The translations under genes were made by a program, and so were the position numbers. A stretch of DNA of 64,000 nucleotides from a virus. The stretch's first letter is position 1, and each line of letters starts with the position of its first letter. The notes under the pieces are model-generated. The model did no database searches and had not been told where the DNA came from. It worked only from the letters and a program-made list of their open reading frames with translations. The stretch is taken from positions 1 to 64,000 of IMG/VR virus record IMGVR_UViG_3300025133_000048. The stretch is one strand, 5' to 3'. This document shows positions 1-8,359 of this stretch, piece after piece.

Positions 1-13
1 TGGTGTAGCTCAA

Positions 14-706
14 ATGATGGCTGCTTTGCCATCAAACATTTTCTGGAGATTGGAGATCATCTCAACGGATTATCTTGTTTCGCAAAGCATGAGTTCTTTT
101 CCTTTGTTGCCGGGAGATGCCGCAATGGATGCGCAACAACAGCTAAACAATAATGTTTCGGGCCATAGAGAAGGAGGTCTTGAATCTGTTATGAATTTTA
201 TGGACCAAAACCAAGATGCGTATCAATGGTTGCGTAGCGACGCTGCGCTTTTGATTGTTTTCGTTTCCGACGAAGATGACTGGAGTTATTCACTTCAAGG
301 TAACCAAGCTGGTCAATTTATTGATTGGTTGAAGGTAAAAAGAAACATTGTATATGTTACGGCTATTGTAAATGTTGATAATTCTATTTCCGAGTGTCCC
401 GGATTGTTTAATCCTGTCCTTGACGTGGGTCAAGAGTACATGGACGTTGCAAATTTTTTTGGCGGAGCAACCATAGACATATGTGCTGAGGATTGGTCGC
501 ATGGTGTGGCTCAGGCATCAAACCAATTGCAATTGTTTGAGGAAATCGCATTGGATCATGTTCCGGTCTCCTCTTCTCATATTGAAGTTTTTGTTGACGG
601 GTCAATCTGGACCGACTGGACTTATGATGCGGTTACAAATACTGTTTTGTTCACTGTGGTTCCTCCGGAGGAGGCTCTGATAGAAGTCGTCTACAATTAC
701 CTATAG
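14..706 (+). CDS. vWA-domain protein, probably 5'-truncated by the window edge
   Basis: EGGLES...WLRSDAALLIVFVSDEDD vWA-type motif; C-terminal beta-rich IEVFVDG...WTYDAVTNTVLF segment; the frame is open upstream of position 14. Confidence 0.65.
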   Translation: MMAALPSNIFWRLEIISTDYLVSQSMSSFPLLPGDAAMDAQQQLNNNVSGHREGGLESVMNFMDQNQDAYQWLRSDAALLIVFVSDEDDWSYSLQGNQAGQFIDWLKVKRNIVYVTAIVNVDNSISECPGLFNPVLDVGQEYMDVANFFGGATIDICAEDWSHGVAQASNQLQLFEEIALDHVPVSSSHIEVFVDGSIWTDWTYDAVTNTVLFTVVPPEEALIEVVYNYL

Positions 707-712
707 TAGATA

Positions 713-720
713 CTATTTAT
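713..720 (+). promoter_or_regulatory. Putative phage late-promoter motif CTATTTAT
   Basis: Intergenic, upstream of RBS GGAG and ATG 735; the same motif recurs upstream of several other genes. Confidence 0.6.
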
Positions 721-734
721 TGCAGGAGTTTTCA

Positions 735-2066
735 ATGAAGATAAAAGTGTTAAAAGAAGCGGATGCCACGGCTCCGATGCAAGGTGGGTCTGTTCAAGCT
801 GAGAAGCCTACTTCTGCTTTGCAGATCTTGGATGCTAAGGGATATGATGTCACCTATGCCCTAGGAGAAGGTGAATACGGCAAAGTTTTTGCTGCTTATG
901 ACGATAATGATGTTGAGGTAGCAATAAAAATAATGAGCGGAGATAACCCTAAAGGACAAGCCGCAATAGACAAAGAAATTGAAAACTATACAGCAGTACA
1001 AAGTGCTCGTGAACAGAGTGATCTTGTCGCCAAACACTTCCCAGAGGTTTATGAAACCTTCAAGGAAGATAGCTATGGCTTTATTGTTATGGAAATCCTA
1101 TCATCGGGCAGTGCAGAGGATGTTGAAATCTCTGATTTGTTCTCTGGTCCAGAAGGCTTGGTGGATGCTAGGAAAGATTTGATAGCAAGAGGTGTCTATA
1201 AAGACTTTTCAAGACGCTTGTTTGCTTTTTTTAATGATAATGATAGAAGAAACGCCCTTGTTGATACGCTATTCAAAGGAATTGACTACAAAACTGCTGA
1301 TCCTGAAGTAAGAGAGATGTTTGAAAGCGTAGTTTCTCAAATGAAAGAGGTTGCGGATCTCTGGAGAGGGCCTTATGATCAAATGTCAAACGAAGAAGCG
1401 AGAGAGCAATATCGTTCAGATGTAATGAAAATGGAAAATGAGATAATTCCTGCTGGGAACATTGAGCTGGTTGCTGATTTTGATACCAAGAAAGAATTAA
1501 CTGATAATCTTTGGGCTTATTATATATTTCTAAAGATGTTGGAAAGGTTCAAGAAGCAAAATGATTATATGTATGAGTTGTTTGCTGGTACTATTATAGA
1601 AAATTTCATGGATCTTATCAGAAAGGGTTCTCCTATTCCAATTCATAGTCGCCCAGAAAGGCGTCTAGCAGACCGAGGAGGGGCTCCGGAGGAGATGGCT
1701 GGTATAAGCGACCAAGCTAAGTCTCTTTTGGCTGCTATTGATGAAGTAGAACGTCTTACAGGACTTGCTCCTAGAGATATGCACGATAAGAATGCTATGA
1801 TTAGACCTTTGGGCGGTGATATAGTTATCGTTGATCTAGGTTTGTTCAAGCCAAGAACAGAAGTTAAAGAAATAATCAAAAAAGATGATGATAAATATGT
1901 TGTTTATCCAAAATCTGGTGGTAAAAGACTTGGAACCCACCCTACAAAAGAAAAAGCTCAAGCACAACTGGTTGCTATAGAGATAAATAAAGCACAAAAT
2001 GAATCTAAGGAAACAAAAAATATAAAAATAAAGATAAAAAATCTAAAAACGGAAACAAGATCTTAA
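735..2066 (+). CDS. Hanks-type Ser/Thr protein kinase with a large insertion
   Basis: LGEGEYGKVF Gly-loop, VAIK lysine, helix-C Glu (KEIENY), RDMHDKN catalytic loop, VDLG (DFG equivalent); ATG 735 follows GGAG. Confidence 0.85.
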   Translation: MKIKVLKEADATAPMQGGSVQAEKPTSALQILDAKGYDVTYALGEGEYGKVFAAYDDNDVEVAIKIMSGDNPKGQAAIDKEIENYTAVQSAREQSDLVAKHFPEVYETFKEDSYGFIVMEILSSGSAEDVEISDLFSGPEGLVDARKDLIARGVYKDFSRRLFAFFNDNDRRNALVDTLFKGIDYKTADPEVREMFESVVSQMKEVADLWRGPYDQMSNEEAREQYRSDVMKMENEIIPAGNIELVADFDTKKELTDNLWAYYIFLKMLERFKKQNDYMYELFAGTIIENFMDLIRKGSPIPIHSRPERRLADRGGAPEEMAGISDQAKSLLAAIDEVERLTGLAPRDMHDKNAMIRPLGGDIVIVDLGLFKPRTEVKEIIKKDDDKYVVYPKSGGKRLGTHPTKEKAQAQLVAIEINKAQNESKETKNIKIKIKNLKTETRS

Positions 2067-2075
2067 TCTTGTAAG

Positions 2076-2102
2076 AAGTGGTAGTATTTTATGCCACTTT
2101 TT
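2076..2102 (+). terminator. Putative intrinsic terminator
   Basis: AAGTGGTA-N8-TGCCACTT stem (one G-U pair) running into a T tract, just after the kinase stop. Confidence 0.5.
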
Positions 2103-2128
2103 ATACCATTTGGTATAAATTTATACCA
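2100..2128. repeat. Three alternating inverted copies of the 9-mer TTTATACCA
   Basis: TTTATACCA-TT-TGGTATAAA-TTTATACCA read directly from the sequence. Confidence 0.8.
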
Positions 2129-2159
2129 CAAATCATTAAAACTGGAGGAAAAATGACAA

Positions 2160-2417
2160 ATGGAAATTTTAATTGAATCATTAGCACAATATGGACCACT
2201 AGGTCTCTGGACTGCTTCACTTCTGTATGCTAACTACCAGACTCGTAAAGATGCCAAAGAAGAAGAAAGACTTTTACAAGATAAAGTTATAGATAAGCTT
2301 CAGCAACAACATATAATGTTAGAAAAAGCATTAGATAAGCTAGATCAAGGTCTTTTAACTATGGAAAAGAAATACCAAGAAGAAAGACTTAGAAATTTAA
2401 ATAATAATAATCAGTAA
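2160..2417 (+). CDS. BhlA/UviB-like holin-type membrane peptide
   Basis: Strong GGAGG RBS; 85 aa with one N-terminal hydrophobic helix (LAQYGPLGLWTASLLY) followed by a coiled coil, the BhlA architecture. Confidence 0.5.
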   Translation: MEILIESLAQYGPLGLWTASLLYANYQTRKDAKEEERLLQDKVIDKLQQQHIMLEKALDKLDQGLLTMEKKYQEERLRNLNNNNQ

Positions 2418-2471
2418 TTTATTTAATATTAATATTATAATATATATAAAGAAAATTAATAAAAGAAAAGC

Positions 2472-2500
2472 TTGACATATTCCTCCAAGAATGTTATATT
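2472..2500 (+). promoter_or_regulatory. sigma70-type promoter with extended -10
   Basis: TTGACA-17 bp-TATATT, preceded by TGT; very AT-rich upstream tract. Confidence 0.75.
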
Positions 2501-2549
2501 TAATGTGTATCGTTTGATTATTCAGTAGTATTAATAATATAACATACAA

Positions 2550-3770
2550 TTGGAGATAGTGCAAGTGAAAAATAATAAAAAAATAGTTAGTTTTGATTTT
2601 GATAATACGATAGCCGTTACTTATATTGACATGTCAGATGAAGATAATTTAAAACCAGTCTTTCTAGAGTACAATAATCACATAATCAGTAAAATTCAGA
2701 ATCATATTTCTGCTGGGGATGAGGTTTTCATTGTAACTTCCAGATTTAGAAGTCTAGAAGAACTCTATCCAACTCATGATGTCCCTTATCATTTGGAACA
2801 GCTTGGTTTGAGGAGTTATTTTTGGCCAAACCGTGTTTTCTACATGGATGGTGGACTAAAAACAGAGAAATTAAAAGAACTAAACGTTGATTTACACCAT
2901 GATGACTCCATGGAAGAGATTTTGGCCTGTAAAAAAGCAAATATCCCAGTAAAAAACCCTTATGATTATTACCCTGATGCAAACATTGTTGGAAAATCTG
3001 TTATTTTTGATGTAAATGACAAGGTCCTTCTTCTAAAAAGAGGAGATGAGGGCCAAAAATGGGACCTGCCGGGCGGTCATGTTAAGGAAATAGAGATAAA
3101 ACGAGGTGCTTTCGGACTTATTGGTGGCCTAGAAAGAGAAGTCGCCGAAGAAACAGGGCTAATTTTACCAAATGAACAGTTTTATTATGACTTTCCCAAC
3201 ACCTATAAGGACAGAACTAACCAAATTCACGTTTATTTATCAAAATTAGAAGAATCAGAACCAACAATTGACCTAAATGTACAAGATTTTCAAGAAAATA
3301 TAGCATTTGAGTGGGTTGAAATCCAAGATTTACACAATTATAAGAGCCCAGCAACGTCAGTCTTGGTACAAGTTATAGAAAAATTGACTTCCGAGGGCCG
3401 AAAAATAACAAATGAAGAGAAATACCTTATGTCACAACAGAAAAATTGGAAAAATATGAAGAAAAAGCTCATAGGATTGGGTAAAAATAAAGAAACAGGA
3501 GGCGGTGAGGGACACACAAGACCAAAAATGACAAAAGGTAAGGCCGCACCACCCGATTTTGCAGTACTTGAGGAAGAAGAAACTAAAAAAAAATCAACAA
3601 TTAAGATAAAAGTCATCAAAAATGAAGAAAATCTTGATGAAAAGAAGAAAAAACGACGAAAAAAGAGAAAAAAGAAGAAAAAATCAAGAAAATCTCCCGC
3701 ATACTACCCCTATTTTGATGTCTTTGACTCTGCTGATGGCGGTTCCGGAGGAGATGGAGGAGGAGAGTGA
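2550..3770 (+). CDS. HAD-family phosphatase fused to a NUDIX hydrolase, with a polybasic C-terminal tail (start uncertain)
   Basis: SFDFDNT (HAD motif I), IVTSR, HHDD; WDLPGGH...EREVAEETG Nudix box; tail KKKKRRKKRKKKKKSRKS. Confidence 0.8.
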   Translation: MEIVQVKNNKKIVSFDFDNTIAVTYIDMSDEDNLKPVFLEYNNHIISKIQNHISAGDEVFIVTSRFRSLEELYPTHDVPYHLEQLGLRSYFWPNRVFYMDGGLKTEKLKELNVDLHHDDSMEEILACKKANIPVKNPYDYYPDANIVGKSVIFDVNDKVLLLKRGDEGQKWDLPGGHVKEIEIKRGAFGLIGGLEREVAEETGLILPNEQFYYDFPNTYKDRTNQIHVYLSKLEESEPTIDLNVQDFQENIAFEWVEIQDLHNYKSPATSVLVQVIEKLTSEGRKITNEEKYLMSQQKNWKNMKKKLIGLGKNKETGGGEGHTRPKMTKGKAAPPDFAVLEEEETKKKSTIKIKVIKNEENLDEKKKKRRKKRKKKKKSRKSPAYYPYFDVFDSADGGSGGDGGGE

Positions 3771-3907
3771 TGGAAAAATGGCTTAAATTCGCTGTATTAT
3801 ACATTTTCTTTATGATTTTTTGGTCTATTTGGGGTGTTGAAAGCACCATAATAACCATTTTACTACTTATTTTAACATCTTTAGATGACATAGAAAGGGA
3901 TAATTAA
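3770..3907 (+). CDS. Small 45-aa membrane protein (absent from the ORF track)
   Basis: ATG overlaps the upstream TGA, and its TAA overlaps the next ATG at 3907; MEKWLKFAVLYIFFMIFWSIWGVESTIITILLLILTSLDDIERDN has two hydrophobic stretches. Confidence 0.6.
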   Translation: MEKWLKFAVLYIFFMIFWSIWGVESTIITILLLILTSLDDIERDN

Positions 3908-4101
3908 TGAAAAAAGTAGACCATATAGCACTTGGAGCCTCTGATATAGACGCAAATAGGAAGTGGTATGAAGATCTTCCTGAGAATGGAGAACACCATG
4001 AACACAGGGATGGAACAATAGGTGTCTATAAGCAAGATTTACATGGAAACTGGGTGGAGTTTATTCGGTATTCAGAGCAAGCCAAGACACTTATGGAATA
4101 A
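3907..4101 (+). CDS. Minimal VOC/glyoxalase-like protein
   Basis: KVDHIALGASDIDANRKWY and YKQDLHGNWVEF match the two ends of VOC domains; the middle is missing. Confidence 0.55.
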   Translation: MKKVDHIALGASDIDANRKWYEDLPENGEHHEHRDGTIGVYKQDLHGNWVEFIRYSEQAKTLME

Positions 4102-4102
4102 A

Positions 4103-4336
4103 ATGTCACTTGGAGAGTCGTATAATATACAATTTCAAATCGGTGATTATGTTACTTGGCGAACATTAAGCCATGAAGGTGAAGAATACTATTCGCAATA
4201 CTACGGTATTGTTACTGAGATAGTTCATTATAGGGACAATGTGAGACCGGTATTTTATGCCAAGGTATTGGAGAACAAAACATCTGATACTTTTTATGTA
4301 GTTCTGTCCTGCTTAACAAAAGTGGAAACTAATTAG
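4103..4336 (+). CDS. Small hypothetical protein (SH3/KOW-like beta pattern)
   Basis: FQIGDYVTW...YGIVTEI pattern; ATG 4103 directly follows the upstream stop. Confidence 0.5.
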   Translation: MSLGESYNIQFQIGDYVTWRTLSHEGEEYYSQYYGIVTEIVHYRDNVRPVFYAKVLENKTSDTFYVVLSCLTKVETN

Positions 4337-4339
4337 AGT

Positions 4340-5203
4340 ATGACTTGTAAAGTACACAACAAATCAAATCAAGATACCTCAGAAATAGAACCTCTTATAC
4401 AGGAACTGTATGGTTTTGCTAATAAGAGATTTTCTTTCAAGAATAGTCCAAAGATTATTTTTGTTTCTGATTCAAACAATCATCCTACTCTGGGAAGGAC
4501 CGGTTACTATGATCCTAATGGCGGTCAAATTACTATTTTTGTAGACAACCGCCACCCAAAGGACATAATGAGATCAGTTTCTCATGAACTAATTCATCAT
4601 TTACAGAACGAGCGAGGAATGTTTGATCAGTCTTATGAAACAGGTGTTGGATATGCACAGAATAATCCCCATCTGCGAAAAATGGAAGAAGAAGCCTATT
4701 TAGAAGGTAATATGTGTTTTAGAGATTGGGAAGATCAATACAAGTCTCAGAACTTAGATATTTTTTATGAAAGGAGAATTTACAAAATGTCAACAAAAAA
4801 TTGGAAAAACAAAGAATTAAACACCCTTCTTAACGAGCGTTGGGGTTTTGGAATGAACCTAGGCAAGCTTAATGAAAGCACTAAGCCTGATTATCTAGAT
4901 CTAGATAAAGATGGTGATAAGGAAGAATCAATGAAGGATGCTGCCGAAGATGCTAAACTTGAAGAAGAAGTTATAGAAGAATGTGGCTGCGAAGAACCAG
5001 CAGAACAACACATGGCTCCTTGTGACATGCACGCCGCTGAGCCTGCTGCAATGGTTTATGAAGAAGGAGAACTCCCAGCAGACAACCCTGAAGAACAAGC
5101 ACTAGCAGATCTTCTAGAGGATATGTTGGACAAGCTTACAATTGAGCAGCTTAGAACAGCGTTAAAGCTCAAGGAGCAAGGTAATTTTGAGAGTGAAAAA
5201 TAA
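4340..5203 (+). CDS. HExxH zinc-metallopeptidase-like protein with an acidic C-terminal part and an EF-hand-like loop
   Basis: SHELIHHLQ...EEEAY zincin motif; KPDYLDLDKDGDKEE (DxDxDG). Confidence 0.65.
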   Translation: MTCKVHNKSNQDTSEIEPLIQELYGFANKRFSFKNSPKIIFVSDSNNHPTLGRTGYYDPNGGQITIFVDNRHPKDIMRSVSHELIHHLQNERGMFDQSYETGVGYAQNNPHLRKMEEEAYLEGNMCFRDWEDQYKSQNLDIFYERRIYKMSTKNWKNKELNTLLNERWGFGMNLGKLNESTKPDYLDLDKDGDKEESMKDAAEDAKLEEEVIEECGCEEPAEQHMAPCDMHAAEPAAMVYEEGELPADNPEEQALADLLEDMLDKLTIEQLRTALKLKEQGNFESEK

Positions 5204-6090
5204 TGAAAAAAATTATTGAAATAACTTCAATTGAACAGTTGGTAGAGATGTCTTCAATGGGATCTGGCGCCGTGCAGGTTGCTGCTGGAGCACCAAAGGA
5301 AGAAGAACAAACAGAAGCGCTTCTTCGGCAATACATTCGCAACAAGATCAGATCAATAAAAGAATCAGAACAACTTAAGGAGCAACAACTTCGAAGTGTT
5401 ATAAGAAGGTATATTAAAGAAGCAAAAGAAACTGCTAATCCTCATCCAAATACCGGCATAAACAAACTCAGAGATGCATTTCGAAAGGCCAAACCAACTA
5501 TTAAAAGTCAGTTTCAACAACTCACAAGCTCCGCTGAACAAAGAGAGTCTTTCATTGCACATTTGCTAGCAGCATTTGTTAGGTTGTTTGAACAACTTGA
5601 TGCTATCAATGCAACAACATACGAAACTCCAACAGACATAGCAGAACCAGAAACCTCAGAACCAGCAGAACTCTCTGCTCCTGATCAAGGCTCTTTGGAC
5701 GCAATAGAGAAAGAAATAGACAGTCTCTTAGAAGCAGTAAATGTTGAGATAGATGATGACATGGACATTGTAACTGCGGACGTAGAAGCAGAAAAGCCAA
5801 AATCTCAAGTTGAAAAAGATTTTCAAAAGAAGAAAGACCAAGAATCAGAAAGAACAGAATTTGCCGCTGGTTTAGAAGGAGAGATAACAGGTCGTAATCA
5901 AGCATTTGATGCTTTTCGACTAACTCAGTCTTACTTCTCTGATGCCTACCTAGATCTCGCTGATGACCTTGATAAAAAGATGTTCAAAGATTGGTGTTTA
6001 TACAATTTAGATCTTCTCTTAAGTTCTTTTGCTGAAGAAATTGACCCAAGATTAAAGAAACCAGAAATTGGTTCACCAGAAGGTGTTTAA
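5203..6090 (+). CDS. Hypothetical acidic helical protein, possibly head-associated
   Basis: 295-aa ORF coupled to both neighbours; repeated LRQYIRNKIRSIKES / LRSVIRRYIKEA motifs. Confidence 0.6.
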   Translation: MKKIIEITSIEQLVEMSSMGSGAVQVAAGAPKEEEQTEALLRQYIRNKIRSIKESEQLKEQQLRSVIRRYIKEAKETANPHPNTGINKLRDAFRKAKPTIKSQFQQLTSSAEQRESFIAHLLAAFVRLFEQLDAINATTYETPTDIAEPETSEPAELSAPDQGSLDAIEKEIDSLLEAVNVEIDDDMDIVTADVEAEKPKSQVEKDFQKKKDQESERTEFAAGLEGEITGRNQAFDAFRLTQSYFSDAYLDLADDLDKKMFKDWCLYNLDLLLSSFAEEIDPRLKKPEIGSPEGV

Positions 6091-6437
6091 TGTGGCAGAG
6101 AAAAAATCAAGAATATAAGGGCAAAAACTCTGATTATTCTTTTATCAATAAATTAAAAAAAGAAAAGAAGATAACTGACGAGTTTGAAGTCATGTTATCT
6201 TCTTTAACTTTGGAAGAAGTCATTTCTATTAAACTAGAGTTGTCTTCTCGCTTTATTAACAATAGATTATATAATTTTCCTATCTGGTCTTCTCTCAATA
6301 GTATGATAAAAGAAGCGGTGTTAGTCTATGCTCTCTCCGCTTGTCGCTCCTATTCTGACATGGCATCATTTCTAGGTATAAACCAGAGAGAATTAAAATC
6401 TCTTTTAAAAAAGTATGATCTTGAGCTTGACAAATAA
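6090..6437 (+). CDS. Fis-like HTH DNA-binding protein
   Basis: C-terminal IKEAVLVYALSACRSYSDMASFLGINQRELKSLLKKYDL resembles the Fis/NtrC HTH_8 pattern. Confidence 0.55.
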   Translation: MWQRKNQEYKGKNSDYSFINKLKKEKKITDEFEVMLSSLTLEEVISIKLELSSRFINNRLYNFPIWSSLNSMIKEAVLVYALSACRSYSDMASFLGINQRELKSLLKKYDLELDK

Positions 6438-6455
6438 TCCTATTCGTGTTATAAT
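6427..6455 (+). promoter_or_regulatory. sigma70-type promoter
   Basis: TTGACA-17 bp-TATAAT preceded by TGT; RBS GGAGG at 6471. Confidence 0.8.
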
Positions 6456-6479
6456 TTTATTATGACAACAGGAGGATTT

Positions 6480-6755
6480 ATGTCAGAAACAACAGAACAA
6501 CAGATTAACAGAATAATCACAGAGTACAAAGGTAAGGGCGGAGATGAGGAAGCCGAGTGTATTCTAATAGACAACAACATGGATAAAAAAGAAAAATTCG
6601 TCACAGTATGGGGCTGTAATCATAACATTTCTAAAATTGCAGCACGATGCCGAAAAGACATTCTAAAAATAGAAGAAGATGGCTCGGGCGTGTCTCTTTT
6701 CATCCATCGACGAGCCTTTAGGGGAGTTGTTTATGCGTTTCGCAATACAAAATAA
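6480..6755 (+). CDS. Hypothetical protein
   Basis: GGAGG RBS then ATG 6480, downstream of a consensus promoter. Confidence 0.6.
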   Translation: MSETTEQQINRIITEYKGKGGDEEAECILIDNNMDKKEKFVTVWGCNHNISKIAARCRKDILKIEEDGSGVSLFIHRRAFRGVVYAFRNTK

Positions 6756-6810
6756 AAATTTTTCTTTAATTGTAAGAAGAGTCATAGTTATTTTAAAGGA
6801 GGCGTACAAG

Positions 6811-7218
6811 ATGAGCAAAGAAATTAAAGAAAACGAACCGATCAGCTCTGAAGAGATGATCGTTAAAATAGCAAAAATTCTTAAGAATGGGCTGTTTTTA
6901 GGCAAGATGTCTTTGGATAAGCAAAAAGAATATGAAGCAAACATAATACAACATGTAAGTGAAAGTCCATATTATCTGGCTTATTATGATAATGAAACTG
7001 GAACAATTTTTGTTGAGACTAAAACTTTTGAACCTCTTTTGTGTGTCGATGTGACATCAGATTCTATTTATTTCTTACCTCTTTCAAAAAAGAACTATTA
7101 TGAGCCATTTATGAAAGTTATGGAGTTTGTATGGTTGGAACGAAAAAGGTCAAAAGAAAAACAAGAAACCGAAGAACCTCCTCCAAAAAAGGAAATTCCC
7201 AGTTTCGACTTTCTATAG
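6811..7218 (+). CDS. Hypothetical protein
   Basis: AAGGAGG RBS before ATG 6811 (MSKEIKENE...). Confidence 0.6.
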   Translation: MSKEIKENEPISSEEMIVKIAKILKNGLFLGKMSLDKQKEYEANIIQHVSESPYYLAYYDNETGTIFVETKTFEPLLCVDVTSDSIYFLPLSKKNYYEPFMKVMEFVWLERKRSKEKQETEEPPPKKEIPSFDFL

Positions 7219-7229
7219 GAACTGTTAAA

Positions 7230-7553
7230 ATGAAAATGTTTTATTTAAATCGCCTTGAGGATGAATCCGGTGTCTCTGGCACTGGACGAGTCGCTCAGGG
7301 CTTTATTTTTGACAATGGTAAGGTTGCTTTGACTTGGCTGTCTGAGCACCCTTCTGTTACTATTTATGATAATATTGGAGAAGTTAGAGCAATTCACTCT
7401 CACGATGGAAAGACTGAAATTGAAATGATTCCTGATTACAAGCGCGCATTCAATGAATTTAAGTCTTTTATGGAAAACTTTTCACTTTTAGAAAACTTCA
7501 GTGCAAGAGCACCAGTAGACTCTGCGGCTGCGAAACTGATTGTAAAAAACTAG
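7230..7553 (+). CDS. Phage hypothetical protein
   Basis: RLEDESGVSGTGRVAQG...NGKVAL.W pattern, recalled from other phage hypothetical proteins; AGGA RBS. Confidence 0.6.
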   Translation: MKMFYLNRLEDESGVSGTGRVAQGFIFDNGKVALTWLSEHPSVTIYDNIGEVRAIHSHDGKTEIEMIPDYKRAFNEFKSFMENFSLLENFSARAPVDSAAAKLIVKN

Positions 7554-7560
7554 ATACTAT

Positions 7561-8055
7561 GTGGAAGACAAATTGTACACCCTGAAACTCGACGCCTCTT
7601 GGAGGCCCATAGAGATAGTTGATGCCTATAAAGGCTTCAATTTGGCTTATTCTGGCCGTGCAAATGTGGTTGAGCACCATACACACCAATCCTCAAAAAC
7701 AGTTCAATTTCCTTCGGTAATTGTGCTAAAATCTTACATAAGTGACCGTAAATTATCGATAACGTGCAACCGAAGAAATGCTGCGTGGGTATATAATTAC
7801 ACTTGTCAATATTGCGATCAATCATTTAAATTCTCCGCCCTTACTATGGATCATGTTATTCCAAAGTCTAAGGGCGGAGATTCTAGCTGGTGGAACATCG
7901 TTATTGCATGCAAGAAATGCAATAACAAAAAAGGAAACAGATCACCAGCTGAAGCGAATATGAAATTGTCTTGTGAGCCAAAACCTCCAAAGATAACAAT
8001 TCGCGATTACTACAGATCAATAAAGTTTCCTTTATCATGGTTCAATTTTTTATAA
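7561..8055 (+). CDS. HNH endonuclease (McrA/HNH_5 type)
   Basis: LDASWRPI, FPSVIVL, CQYC, TMDHVIPKSKGG, WWNIVIACKKCNNKKG. Confidence 0.9.
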   Translation: MEDKLYTLKLDASWRPIEIVDAYKGFNLAYSGRANVVEHHTHQSSKTVQFPSVIVLKSYISDRKLSITCNRRNAAWVYNYTCQYCDQSFKFSALTMDHVIPKSKGGDSSWWNIVIACKKCNNKKGNRSPAEANMKLSCEPKPPKITIRDYYRSIKFPLSWFNFL

Positions 8056-8064
8056 GGAGTTAAA

Positions 8065-8313
8065 ATGGACAATATATCAGATAATCTAATGGCTTTGGCA
8101 ACAAAGCTTCAAACTTGCGATGAAGAGACAAAAGTCATGTTCGCACAGGTTTTTGAATTAGCAAGAAGACTAGCGGAAGGCGGACTTTCAGTCCAAGAAC
8201 TTCAAATGCTTGTCATAACAGGGCACCAAGTCTCTCAGAATCCTGAAATGAAGCAGCTCTATCAATACCTTTTTAATATGACTAAATTTGATCCAAACGA
8301 TACATTTCATTAG
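8065..8313 (+). CDS. Hypothetical protein
   Basis: AAGGAG RBS; 82-aa helical ORF. Confidence 0.6.
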   Translation: MDNISDNLMALATKLQTCDEETKVMFAQVFELARRLAEGGLSVQELQMLVITGHQVSQNPEMKQLYQYLFNMTKFDPNDTFH

Positions 8314-8332
8314 ACCAAACCAGTCTCTTCGG

Positions 8333-8340
8333 CTATTTAT
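8333..8340 (+). promoter_or_regulatory. Putative late-promoter motif CTATTTAT
   Basis: Intergenic, upstream of AAGGAG and ATG 8360. Confidence 0.6.
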
Positions 8341-8359
8341 AGTGAAAAGGAGTTATAGA

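Noticed and set aside
2121-2130. TTATACCACA as a DnaA box
   Set aside because: It does not match TTWTNCACA in register and is better explained as part of the TTTATACCA array.
3640-3695. Polybasic stretch as a nuclear localisation signal (eukaryotic giant virus)
   Set aside because: SD sequences, sigma70 promoters, a sigma factor and contractile-tail baseplate genes indicate a bacteriophage.
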